DNA from: Myxococcota bacterium | Lineage (GTDB): Bacteria; Myxococcota_A; UBA9042; PHBI01; JAWLBL01 | Length of the DNA: 64,000 nt | Assembly: GCA_041687695.1 (NCBI GenBank) | Contig: JAWLBL010000013.1 | Location: 64,001-128,000 of the forward strand | Reading direction: 5' to 3' | Part shown: positions 19,377 to 27,742 of the stretch, in pieces | How positions within the stretch are numbered: position 1 is the first letter of the stretch | Layout of the letters: every line of letters begins with the position of its first letter | Notes under the pieces: model-generated | Told to the model about the DNA's origin: nothing | The model's input: only the letters and a program-made list of their open reading frames with translations | The model's database searches: none | Program-made: the position numbers and the translations under genes

Positions 19377-19817
19377 TCAGAACCCGAGGCCGTATCCCAG
19401 CGTTCCGCGCTCGGTGTCGATGAGATCGATGCGCCAGGCCAGGGCTTGCCGGTGCAGGACGAGCCGGGCGGTCTGGGTGCCCTCGCGCACCGTGACCATG
19501 ACGCGCTCGCGGCCCTCGGTGTCGGGCGGCAGCGGCTGGACGCCCGTGACCTGGACGTCGCCGGCGGTGAGCTGGCCGAGCTCGGGCCGGCTCGCTGCGG
19601 CGATGCCGTAGTACAGGTCGAGCAGGGGGCGCGACCGGGGCGTGAACGCGCCGGCGTACCGCTCGAGGTCGCCGCTCGCGGCGGCCTCGACGGCGTGGCC
19701 GACGACGTCCTCGGGGCTCGAGCAGGCGGCGCCTCCGCTGGCTGCGACGAGCGCCGCGAGCGCGAAGGCGACGACCCTGGCCGCATGGGCGAGGCGTCTG
19801 GCCGGGGGTAAGGTCAT
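19377..19817 (-). CDS. Small lipoprotein, NTF2/DUF4878-like (paralogue 1)
   Basis: Signal ending GGAAC; ends AWRID; starts 15 nt after the tRNA CCA. Confidence 0.75.
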   Translation of the reverse strand: MTLPPARRLAHAARVVAFALAALVAASGGAACSSPEDVVGHAVEAAASGDLERYAGAFTPRSRPLLDLYYGIAAASRPELGQLTAGDVQVTGVQPLPPDTEGRERVMVTVREGTQTARLVLHRQALAWRIDLIDTERGTLGYGLGF

Positions 19818-19831
19818 GGTGAGGAAGGGGG

Positions 19832-19919
19832 TGGTGCGAGAGGGGGGACTTGAACCCCCACGAGCGCAATGCTCACTAGGCCCTCAACCTAGCGCGTCTA
19901 CCAATTCCGCCACTCTCGC
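19832..19919 (-). tRNA. tRNA-Leu (anticodon GAG)
   Basis: GCGAGAG acceptor stem, TGGCGGAATTGGTAGACGC D arm, CTAGG-TTGAGGG-CCTAG anticodon arm, long variable arm, GGTTCAAGTCC T arm, encoded CCA; conserved position after secG. Confidence 0.97.
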
Positions 19920-19986
19920 GTTCTGGCCGCGGATTCCTCGCCGCGGTGGATTGGCGGGGTATCACCCCCGCCGGCTGGCCGTCAAC

Positions 19987-20014
19987 TGAAAAGAATCGGG
20001 TGAAAAGAATCGGG
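19987..20014. repeat. Perfect 14-bp AT-rich tandem duplication (tgaaaagaatcggg x2)
   Basis: Copies at 19987-20000 and 20001-20014, just upstream of a minus-strand TTGACG (19980-19985). Confidence 0.9.
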
Positions 20015-20022
20015 GCGTCGCC

Positions 20023-20415
20023 CTATTCCGCGGCGGGCTCGGCGGGCGCCTCGGGGGCGGCCGGCTGCGCGGGCGCCTCGGGGGCCGCCGGCTGGGCGGG
20101 CGCCTCGGGGGCGGCGCCGGGCTCGGCCGGGGCGGCGCCAGGCGTGGCCGGAGCGCCCGCGGGCGGGCGGGTCGGGTTGACCGTGCTGGTGGTCAGGCTG
20201 AAGCGCGCCAGGAGCAGGCTGAAGACCATGAAGCCGGCGGCGAGCCAGACGGTCATCTTGCCCAGAAAGCCGACCGCGCCGCGGGCGCCGAACATCGTGT
20301 TGCCGGCGCCGCCGCCGATGACGCCCATGCCGGAGCCCTTGCCGGGCTGCAGCAGCACGACCAGGATCAGCAGGACGCAGATGACGATGTGCAGGATGAG
20401 GACCAGGGTTTCCAT
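20023..20415 (-). CDS. secG: Preprotein translocase subunit SecG with Ala/Pro-rich repeat tail
   Basis: LILVVLLQPGKGSGMG...FGARGA..L.KMT; tail with ~27-bp repeats (APEAPAQPA); tpiA-secG-tRNA-Leu synteny. Confidence 0.95.
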   Translation of the reverse strand: METLVLILHIVICVLLILVVLLQPGKGSGMGVIGGGAGNTMFGARGAVGFLGKMTVWLAAGFMVFSLLLARFSLTTSTVNPTRPPAGAPATPGAAPAEPGAAPEAPAQPAAPEAPAQPAAPEAPAEPAAE

Positions 20416-20521
20416 CAGCTCGACTTCCTAAGGCCCCTCGCGGTGCGTCGGGGGCGCCGGGGCGGTGTCCGGAGCGGTCGGGACGCGACCGCGCCCCCCT
20501 CCCGCCGCTGGCGGGCCGCCC

Positions 20522-20550
20522 CGTGTAGCAGAGTCGCCCCGCAGGGTCAA
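20522..20550 (-). promoter_or_regulatory. Candidate sigma70 promoter for secG
   Basis: TTGACC-17 bp-TACACG with extended TG. Confidence 0.55.
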
Positions 20551-20581
20551 GCGCGGCGTCCGCGGCCGCGCTGGCCACCGC

Positions 20582-21343
20582 TCAGCGCGCGGCGGCGACG
20601 ATGTTCAAGAACGACTCGGCGTCGAGGCTGGCCCCGCCGACGAGGGCTCCGTCGATGTCAGGTTGCGCGAGCAGGCGCGCGGCGTTGTCGGGTTTGACGC
20701 TGCCGCCGTACTGCACGCGCACGCGATCGGCCACGGCGTCGCCATGACGCTCGCGGAGCCGCGCGCGTATGAACGCGTGGACCTCCTGCGCTTGTTCCGG
20801 GCTGGCGTTCCTTCCCGTGCCGATGGCCCAGACCGGCTCGTAGGCGACGACGGTCTGCGCGACCTGGTCACGGTCGAGCTTGGCGAGCCCCGCCGTCAGC
20901 TGCGCCTCGACCACGGCCTCGGTCCGACCCGCCTCGCGCTCGTCGAGCGTCTCGCCGACGCACAGGATGGGCGTGAGTCCGTCGCGGTGCGCCGCGGCCA
21001 CCTTCTCTCCGACCCACTCGGGGGTGTCTCCGAAGTGCTGGCGCCGCTCGGAGTGGCCGCACAGGACGTAGGTGCACCCGATCGAGCGCAGCATGGGCGC
21101 GGACACCTCGCCGGTGAAGGCCCCCTGCACGGCCGGGTGCAGGTTCTGCGCCCCGAGCGCGATGGGCGAAGCCTCGATGACCCGCCGCACGTCGGTCAGC
21201 AGGCACGTCGGCGGGATGACGACGACCTCGACGTCGCCCCCGTCACGGAGGCCGTCGACCAGCTTCGTCGCCAGCGCCACCGCCGGCTCGCGCGTCATGT
21301 GCATCTTCCAGTTGCCCGCCACGATCTGCTTGCGCGTCGTCAT
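20582..21343 (-). CDS. tpiA: Triosephosphate isomerase
   Basis: AGNWKM, GAFTGEVS, GHSERR, AYEPVWAIGTG, YGGSVKP, DGALVGGASL. Confidence 0.98.
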   Translation of the reverse strand: MTTRKQIVAGNWKMHMTREPAVALATKLVDGLRDGGDVEVVVIPPTCLLTDVRRVIEASPIALGAQNLHPAVQGAFTGEVSAPMLRSIGCTYVLCGHSERRQHFGDTPEWVGEKVAAAHRDGLTPILCVGETLDEREAGRTEAVVEAQLTAGLAKLDRDQVAQTVVAYEPVWAIGTGRNASPEQAQEVHAFIRARLRERHGDAVADRVRVQYGGSVKPDNAARLLAQPDIDGALVGGASLDAESFLNIVAAAR

Positions 21344-22554
21344 CAGCCCGCCTCCGGCCGCGGCACCCGCAGCGCCTCGACGCCGGGCAGCTCGCGCCCC
21401 TCGATGAGCTCGAGCGAGGCCCCGCCGCCGGTCGACACGTGCGAGATGAACGGCATGAACCCGCTCTTCTTCAGCGCCGAGATGCTGTCACCGCCGCCGA
21501 CCACGGTCGTGCCGCTCGCCCGCGCGACCGCCTGCGCGATCTTGTTGGTGCCGTTGGCGAACGACGCCATCTCGAAGATCCCCATGGGGCCGTTCCAGAA
21601 CACCGTGTGCGCGCCCTCGATGGCCTTGGTGAAGCGGTCGATGCTCTCGGGCCCGATGTCCACCGCGATCCCGTCGCCGGGGAAGCCCTGGTTGCCCCAG
21701 ACCTCGCTCGGCGCCCCGTCGCGCACGTCGCGGACCATCACGTGGTCGGTCGGCAGCAGGAACTGGACGCCCCGGCTCTCGGCCTTGAGCAGCGAGCGCC
21801 GCGCCTGCTGGATCTTGTCCTCTTCGATGAGCGACTTGCCCAGGTGCACGCCCTTGGCCGCCCAGAACGTGTAGGCCATCGCCCCGCCGACCACGATGGT
21901 GTCCACCTTGGTCAACAGGTTGTCCACCACGCCAATCTTGTCGCTCACCTTGGCGCCGCCCAGCACCGCGACGAAGGGGCGCTCGGGCTTTTCGAGCAGC
22001 TGCCCGAGGAAGCGCACCTCCTTTTCCATCAGCAGCCCCGCGCCGCGCTGCGGGACGAGGCGCGGCAACGCGTGGACCGAGGCGTGCGCCCGGTGCGCCG
22101 CCCCGAAGGCGTCGTTGACGTAGATCTCGCACAGCTGCGCCAGCTGCTTGGCGAACCCCTCGTCGTCGGCCTCCTCGCCCGCGTGGAAGCGCAGGTTCTC
22201 GAGCAGCACGATCTGTCCCTCGCGCAGATCCTGCACCAGCTTCTTGGGCCCGTCCCCCACGCAGTCGTCGGGCACCATGACCTCGGTGCCGAGCAGCTCG
22301 GCCAGGCGCTCGCCCACCGGCACCAGGCTGAACTTGGGGTTGCGCTTGCCCTTGGGCCGCCCCAGGTGGCTCGCCAGGACGATCCGGGCGCCCTGCGCGC
22401 GCGCGTGCTCGATGGTCGGCAGCGCGGCCTGGATGCGCGTGTCGTCGGCGACCTGCCCGTCCTCGGTCAGCGGGACGTTGAAGTCGACCCGGATGAACGT
22501 GCGACGGCCCTCGATGGGCAGGTCCTTGATGGATCGGATGATGGTCGTGCTCAC
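21343..22554 (-). CDS. pgk: Phosphoglycerate kinase
   Basis: [57 protein letters not shown]; start GTG 22554. Confidence 0.98.
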   Translation of the reverse strand: MSTTIIRSIKDLPIEGRRTFIRVDFNVPLTEDGQVADDTRIQAALPTIEHARAQGARIVLASHLGRPKGKRNPKFSLVPVGERLAELLGTEVMVPDDCVGDGPKKLVQDLREGQIVLLENLRFHAGEEADDEGFAKQLAQLCEIYVNDAFGAAHRAHASVHALPRLVPQRGAGLLMEKEVRFLGQLLEKPERPFVAVLGGAKVSDKIGVVDNLLTKVDTIVVGGAMAYTFWAAKGVHLGKSLIEEDKIQQARRSLLKAESRGVQFLLPTDHVMVRDVRDGAPSEVWGNQGFPGDGIAVDIGPESIDRFTKAIEGAHTVFWNGPMGIFEMASFANGTNKIAQAVARASGTTVVGGGDSISALKKSGFMPFISHVSTGGGASLELIEGRELPGVEALRVPRPEAG

Positions 22555-22588
22555 CGGAGGCTCCGCGGGAAGGGTGTCGGGGGCCGCT

Positions 22589-22617
22589 TGGTTAGCCCCC
22601 CGGCGCCGCAGCGTCAA
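22589..22617 (-). promoter_or_regulatory. Candidate sigma70 promoter for pgk-tpiA
   Basis: TTGACG-17 bp-TAACCA on the minus strand. Confidence 0.5.
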
Positions 22618-22706
22618 GGTGTCGGGCGCGGCCGGGGTGGCCCGCTCGCGGACACCACGCGCGCCCTCTGCTAACCTCCGCGCCGCCCCATCGTCGACGA
22701 GGCCTC

Positions 22707-24347
22707 GTGACGGACACCGCTGCAGCGCACAAGACGATCGCCGACCGCGCGCCCGCGCCCTCGGCCCGCCCCTCGGCCCTCCGCGTCGCGGCCGCCGCGC
22801 TGGTCGGCGCCGGCCTGGTGATCGCCGCCTTCCCGACCGTGCACCTGGCCTTCCCGGTGCTGCTGGCCTGGGTGCCGCTGCTGACCCTGGCGCGCCGCCT
22901 CGGCTGGAAGGGGCGCCTCGTCGCCGGCTGGCTGATGGGCTTTTCCTACCAGCTGGTCATCTTCCGGTGGATCGACTTCACCCTCGAGGTGATGACCAAC
23001 CTGCCGGGCTGGGTGCACGTCGTCGCCTGGGTGCTCTTCGCCCTCTGGCACGGCCTGATGGGCGGCGTCTTCCTGGCCCTCGCCGAGCCCGCCCGCCGCG
23101 CCGCCGCCCGCCGCTGGCCCGGCGCCGCCCCGCTGGCCGTCGCCGCCGTCTACGTCTCCATCGAGGCCCTCTGGCCCTTCCTCTTCCCCTGGACCCTCGG
23201 CCACGCCTTCTGGCAGGTCGGTCCGCTGGCCTCGATGATGGCCCTGACCGGCGCCCCTGGCCTGTCGTTCGTCGTCCTCGCCCTCTCGGCCCTGGCCGCC
23301 GACGCCTGGAGCCGCCGCCGGCAGGTCGCCTGGCGCCCGACCGCCGTCGTCGTCGGCCTGCTGCTGGCCTTCTCCGTCGGCTGGTGGATCCGCCTCGAGG
23401 CCGGCACGCCGCGCCGCACCCTGCGCGTCGCCGTCCTGCAGCCCAACTACACCCTCGCCGAAAAGCGCCGCCCCAGCGTGCAGACGCGCTCCAAGCTGCT
23501 CGTGCGCTTCGAGGGCATGCTGCGCGCCCTGCCGCCCGGCCGCTTCGACCTGGTCGTCGCGCCCGAGGGCGCCTTCCCCTTCTACTGGGACACCGCCGAC
23601 GGCCCCCAGGGCGGCCTGTCCAAGGTCGCCACCCGCCGCGTCGGCGCCGCCGTGCGCGAGGGACCCGCCGCTCCCGTCCTGCTCGGCGGCCTCCGGCAGC
23701 CGGCCAGCGACGGGCGCACCCGCAACGCCGCGGTCCTGCTGGGCGCCGACGGAGCGGTCGCGCACGTCTACGACAAGCGCATCCTGGTGCCCTTCGGCGA
23801 GTACCTGCCGCTGACCGACGTGTTCCCCAGCCTGGCCGGGGCCGTGCGCGGCATCAGCGACTTCGGCCGCGGCGAGGCGCCCTGCCAGCTCCAGGCCGCC
23901 GGCGAGCCGCTGTCGTGCGGCATCTGCTACGAGTCCATCTTCGCCGCCCCGACCCGCGCCGCCATGGGCGACGGCGTCTTGCTGGCGAACCTGACCATCG
24001 ACACCTGGTTCGGCGACAGCACGGCCCCGTGGTTCCACCTGATGGTGCAGTCCTCGCGCGCCGCCGAGCTGGGGGTCCCGCTGGTCCGCGCCGCGCTGAC
24101 CGGCATGTCGGCCGTGGTGGGCCCCGACGGCGTGCCGCGCCAGACGCTGGCCCTGCACGAGCAGGGCGTCATCGAGGCCGAGGTCCCGCTGCTCGACGTG
24201 ACGACCCCCTACCGCGTGGTGGGCCCCGCCTTCACCTGGGTGGCTTTCGCCGCGGCCGCCGCCGTGTTATTTCAGGCGCTCCGGCGGCGCCGGGAACCCG
24301 ACGCCGAAGCCGGTGTCGGATCGTCGCCGGCGGCGAAGACGGGCTGA
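22707..24347 (+). CDS. lnt: Apolipoprotein N-acyltransferase
   Basis: N-terminal TMs, FPW, VLQPN, nitrilase triad PE..., [21 protein letters not shown]. Confidence 0.93.
   Translation: MTDTAAAHKTIADRAPAPSARPSALRVAAAALVGAGLVIAAFPTVHLAFPVLLAWVPLLTLARRLGWKGRLVAGWLMGFSYQLVIFRWIDFTLEVMTNLPGWVHVVAWVLFALWHGLMGGVFLALAEPARRAAARRWPGAAPLAVAAVYVSIEALWPFLFPWTLGHAFWQVGPLASMMALTGAPGLSFVVLALSALAADAWSRRRQVAWRPTAVVVGLLLAFSVGWWIRLEAGTPRRTLRVAVLQPNYTLAEKRRPSVQTRSKLLVRFEGMLRALPPGRFDLVVAPEGAFPFYWDTADGPQGGLSKVATRRVGAAVREGPAAPVLLGGLRQPASDGRTRNAAVLLGADGAVAHVYDKRILVPFGEYLPLTDVFPSLAGAVRGISDFGRGEAPCQLQAAGEPLSCGICYESIFAAPTRAAMGDGVLLANLTIDTWFGDSTAPWFHLMVQSSRAAELGVPLVRAALTGMSAVVGPDGVPRQTLALHEQGVIEAEVPLLDVTTPYRVVGPAFTWVAFAAAAAVLFQALRRRREPDAEAGVGSSPAAKTG
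24293..24320 (+). promoter_or_regulatory. Candidate ECF (sigmaE-like) promoter inside the 3' end of lnt
   Basis: GGAACC-16 bp-GTCGGA, ~85 bp before the ECF sigma gene. Confidence 0.4.
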
Positions 24348-24404
24348 GGGGCGGGCGCCCCCCGGAGCGCGCGCCGCCGGCTCGACAGCCAAAAGCGGCG
24401 GCGC

Positions 24405-25025
24405 GTGACCCAAGCCTTCGACGATGACCCGCGGTTCCTCGCCGCCCTCAGGCGACGCGAGGAGCGGGCCTTCAACCGCCTCGTCCTGACCTACCAGGAC
24501 CGCGTGTACAATCTGTCCTACCGGCTGCTCGGCTCGGAGGAGGAGGCGCGCGACGTGGCGCAGGAGGTCTTCGTCACCATCTTCCAGAAGATCGAGCTGT
24601 TCCGCGGCGAGTCCAAGCTGTCGACGTGGATCTTCCGCGTCGCCGCCAACCACGCGAAGAACCGGATCAAGTACCTGTCGCGCCGCCAGGACCGCAAGCA
24701 GGACAACTTCGAGGACATGGTGGTCGAGGTCTCGTCGGGGCGGCTCAACGCCCCGATGCCGCGGCCGGACCAGGTCTATGACCAGATGCGGCTCGAGGAG
24801 TACCTCGAGCGGGCCATGCAGGCGCTCGATGAAGATCAGCGGGCCCTCATCGTCCTGCGCGACATGGAGAACATGACCTACGAGGAGATCGCCGAGGTCA
24901 CCGGGCTCAACCTCGGGACGATCAAGAGCCGCCTGCACCGCGGGCGGCTGCGCCTCAAAGAGGCCCTCGACGACTGGATGGCCGGTCGCGAGCCCGCCTC
25001 GGACGCCCAGAAGAGGACGGCGTGA
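24405..25025 (+). CDS. ECF RNA polymerase sigma factor (RpoE-like)
   Basis: DVAQEVF...FRGESKLSTWIFRVAAN (region 2), TYEEIAEVTGLNLGTIKSRLHRGR (region 4). Confidence 0.93.
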   Translation: MTQAFDDDPRFLAALRRREERAFNRLVLTYQDRVYNLSYRLLGSEEEARDVAQEVFVTIFQKIELFRGESKLSTWIFRVAANHAKNRIKYLSRRQDRKQDNFEDMVVEVSSGRLNAPMPRPDQVYDQMRLEEYLERAMQALDEDQRALIVLRDMENMTYEEIAEVTGLNLGTIKSRLHRGRLRLKEALDDWMAGREPASDAQKRTA

Positions 25026-25672
25026 TGAGCACTTCCACCCCGCGGCGACGTGACGGCGATGGCACCGACGACTTCGGCGTCGACGAGCGCTGGTCCGACT
25101 GGATCGACGCCCAGATGGACAAGCGCGAGCGGGACGCCTTCGAGCGCGAGCTCGAGGACGACCCCGAGCTGCGCCGCGAGCTGGAGGCGTTCCAGCAGAC
25201 GGTAGGCGTGCTGCGACGGATGCCGCCGGCGCAGGCGCCCGACGACTTCCTGCAGCAGGTGCAGTCGCGCATCCGCCGCCGCACGACCGGCCGCTTCTAC
25301 GGCGAGCAGTGGAAGACGCGCTTCCCGTACGAGGCGGCGTTCAACCTGGTGCTGCTGGGGCTGATGATGGCCCTGTACATCACGGCGATGCCCAAGCCGG
25401 ACCCCGAGCCCATCCCGGTCCGCGCCGAGGCGATGGAGCGCGGAGGGGCGGGCGGGGATCTGGCCGGCGCGATCCTGGGGACCTACGGACCGGTGACCGC
25501 CATCGTCGGCGAGGGGGATCGCCCCGTGTTCGAGGTGACCGTCGAGGCGGGGCGGGTCGAGGCCCTGCGCCAGGAGATCGGGCTGTACCCGCAGCTCGAG
25601 CTGGTCGGCGAGCCGACGCCGGCGGAGGCGGCGGGCCAGGCGCGCGTCAGGGTGCGGGCGACCGCGCGATAG
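25025..25672 (+). CDS. Putative membrane-anchored anti-sigma factor
   Basis: Coupled to the sigma gene; N-terminal ASD-like SDWIDAQM...ELEAFQQT without Zn-binding Cys; single TM helix. Confidence 0.75.
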   Translation: MSTSTPRRRDGDGTDDFGVDERWSDWIDAQMDKRERDAFERELEDDPELRRELEAFQQTVGVLRRMPPAQAPDDFLQQVQSRIRRRTTGRFYGEQWKTRFPYEAAFNLVLLGLMMALYITAMPKPDPEPIPVRAEAMERGGAGGDLAGAILGTYGPVTAIVGEGDRPVFEVTVEAGRVEALRQEIGLYPQLELVGEPTPAEAAGQARVRVRATAR

Positions 25673-26669
25673 GCGCGTCGAGGCCCGGCAGGACCATCTC
25701 GTCACCGCTGGTGCGCCAGCGCCAGGCCGTCACCTCGTAGCGATCGTCGCGTGGGTGCCAGGTGACGTCGAACACCATCGCGAAGGCCGCCCGCTCGCGC
25801 ATGGGCAGCCAGAAGCGGAGGTCGATGACCTCGACCACGAGCGCGCGGCGGTCGGGGGTGCGATAGCCGACGCGGGCGATGGGCTCCTCGGCCCACCGCA
25901 GGAAGTCGCGGCCGGGGCGGGTCGCCAGGGCGGCGGCGACGGCCGGGTCCTCGAGGTTGCGGACCCAGGTCTGGCGGATCTCCGGAGCGCCGCCCAGGAC
26001 GTCGACCCAGGCGTGGTGGGCGAAGTCGGGCTCGGTGAGGACGACCGACCGCACGTTGGGCCACAGCGGCGTCGGCCAGACCGACACGTCCTGCAGGTTC
26101 AGCGCCTGCCGCTCGGCCAGGGCGCGCCCCTCGGCGCGGGCGGCCTCGGTCAGGGCGCCGTTGACGCCGATGTAGACGGCGAGGCCGAGCAGCGCCGCGG
26201 CGCTGAGGCGGGGACGCGCGACGCGGGTCAGGCGGGTGAGCCAGAAGGGCGTCGTCAGGATGACCCAGAACCAGGGGTCGACGATGAAGACCCAGGGCAG
26301 GGCGAAGCGGGTCCGGTCGACCGGGCTCAGCAGCATCGTCCCCCAGCTGGTGACCAGATCCAGCGCGAAGTGGCTGAGCAGCGCCCAGAAGGCGAGCCAC
26401 AGCATCGGCTTGAGCGGCGCCTTGAACAGGCGCGCCATGGGCCAGGCGACGAGCGGCACCAGGACGGGCAGGGCGAGCAGCGAGTGCGTGTAGCCGCGGT
26501 GCTCCATCATGTAGGCGTGCTCGCCGGCGATGGGCCACAGCAGGATGTCGAGGTCGGGCGCGTTCGCGGCCAGGGCCGCGGTCCACCAGGCGGCCTTGCG
26601 CCCGACGCGGTCGCGGAAGCCCAGGTCGGCGATGGCGAAGCCGGTCAGGGTGTGGGCGAGGTTCTCCAT
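25647..26669 (-). CDS. Inner-membrane metal-dependent hydrolase (YdjM/YbcI-like)
   Basis: ENLAHTL, ANAPDLD, HRGYTHS, SHFALDLVTSWGT motifs. Confidence 0.85.
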   Translation of the reverse strand: MENLAHTLTGFAIADLGFRDRVGRKAAWWTAALAANAPDLDILLWPIAGEHAYMMEHRGYTHSLLALPVLVPLVAWPMARLFKAPLKPMLWLAFWALLSHFALDLVTSWGTMLLSPVDRTRFALPWVFIVDPWFWVILTTPFWLTRLTRVARPRLSAAALLGLAVYIGVNGALTEAARAEGRALAERQALNLQDVSVWPTPLWPNVRSVVLTEPDFAHHAWVDVLGGAPEIRQTWVRNLEDPAVAAALATRPGRDFLRWAEEPIARVGYRTPDRRALVVEVIDLRFWLPMRERAAFAMVFDVTWHPRDDRYEVTAWRWRTSGDEMVLPGLDAPIARSPAP

Positions 26670-26721
26670 GGCCGGCACCTGTCCCCCGCGGGGCGCGCGG
26701 TGTCAAGCCAGACCCACCGCG

Positions 26722-27741
26722 CTACTGCAGGGGCAGCCAGTCGCGCTCGGGTCGGTAGCCGCGCGCCTCGAGGAAGGGCACGATCAGCTCGCGGGCGCCC
26801 CGGCTGGCGACGCAGAGCAGGACGAGCCGGCCGTCGGGCGGGCCGAGCGCCTCGTGGGCGACGACCGGAAGGCCTCGTGTCGAGCGCTGGCCAATTTTCC
26901 TGGGGTCGATGTCGATGAGGTCGTCGACGCGCGCCCCGGCGTCGAGCAGCTCGGCCGCGTGGCGGCGCCCGTACTCGCCGGCGCCCCACAGGCGGCAGGC
27001 GCGCCCACCCGCGAGGGGCCCGCTGAGCAGGAAAGCGTGCCGGAGGCGCCGGAAGGCCAGCTCGCGGTAGCGCGCGTCCGCTCGGGTGAGCCGGCGAGGG
27101 TGATCGCGCCAGGTCTGGAGCACGTCGGGCACCTTCCCGAAGACGGCGCCGCGCTCGAACAGGCGCAGCCACAGCTCGTGGTCCTCGGGGAAGTCGCCGT
27201 CGCGGTAGCCGCCGGCCTCGAGCACGGCGCGCCGTCGGAAGACCACCGACGGATGCGCAACCGGCGCATCGATGAAGCGCGCCCGGCGCAGGGCCTCGGG
27301 CGTGTCGAGCGCGTTGAGCCAGGCGACGAAGCGCTGCATCCCGGGGCCCGGGGCCGCGTCGCCGAGCGTGGCGTACGCGACGCCGCAGGCGACCACGTCC
27401 CAGCCCGGGTGGGCGTCGAGCGCGGCGACCTGGCGGGCCAGTCGCTCGGGGTGCATCACGTCGTCGGCGTCGTGCCGCGCGACCAGCGGCGCGCGGGCCA
27501 GCTCGAGCCCGGCGTTCAGCGCCGGCACCAGCCCGGCTTCGGGCAGCTCGACCAGGCGCACACGGGCGTCCCGCGCGGCCCGCGACGCTGCGATGGCCGC
27601 GCTGTCGTCGGTGCACCCGTTCAGGACGACCAGCAGCTCGAGGTCGGCCAGCGTCTGCGCGAGCGCCGAGTCGATCGCCTCGGCGAGGGTCGACCCGGCG
27701 TCGTGCACGGGCAGCAGGACGGAGACGCGCGGTCCGGTCAC
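26722..27741 (-). CDS. Glycosyltransferase family 2
   Basis: VSVLLPVH, SALAQTLADLELLVV, ARHDADD, HPSVVFRR, EDHELWLR. Confidence 0.9.
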   Translation of the reverse strand: MTGPRVSVLLPVHDAGSTLAEAIDSALAQTLADLELLVVLNGCTDDSAAIAASRAARDARVRLVELPEAGLVPALNAGLELARAPLVARHDADDVMHPERLARQVAALDAHPGWDVVACGVAYATLGDAAPGPGMQRFVAWLNALDTPEALRRARFIDAPVAHPSVVFRRRAVLEAGGYRDGDFPEDHELWLRLFERGAVFGKVPDVLQTWRDHPRRLTRADARYRELAFRRLRHAFLLSGPLAGGRACRLWGAGEYGRRHAAELLDAGARVDDLIDIDPRKIGQRSTRGLPVVAHEALGPPDGRLVLLCVASRGARELIVPFLEARGYRPERDWLPLQ

Positions 27742-27742
27742 G

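Noticed and set aside
17122..19919. Genomic island integrated at tRNA-Leu
   Set aside because: No integrase, no duplicated tRNA 3' end seen, and composition resembles the flanks
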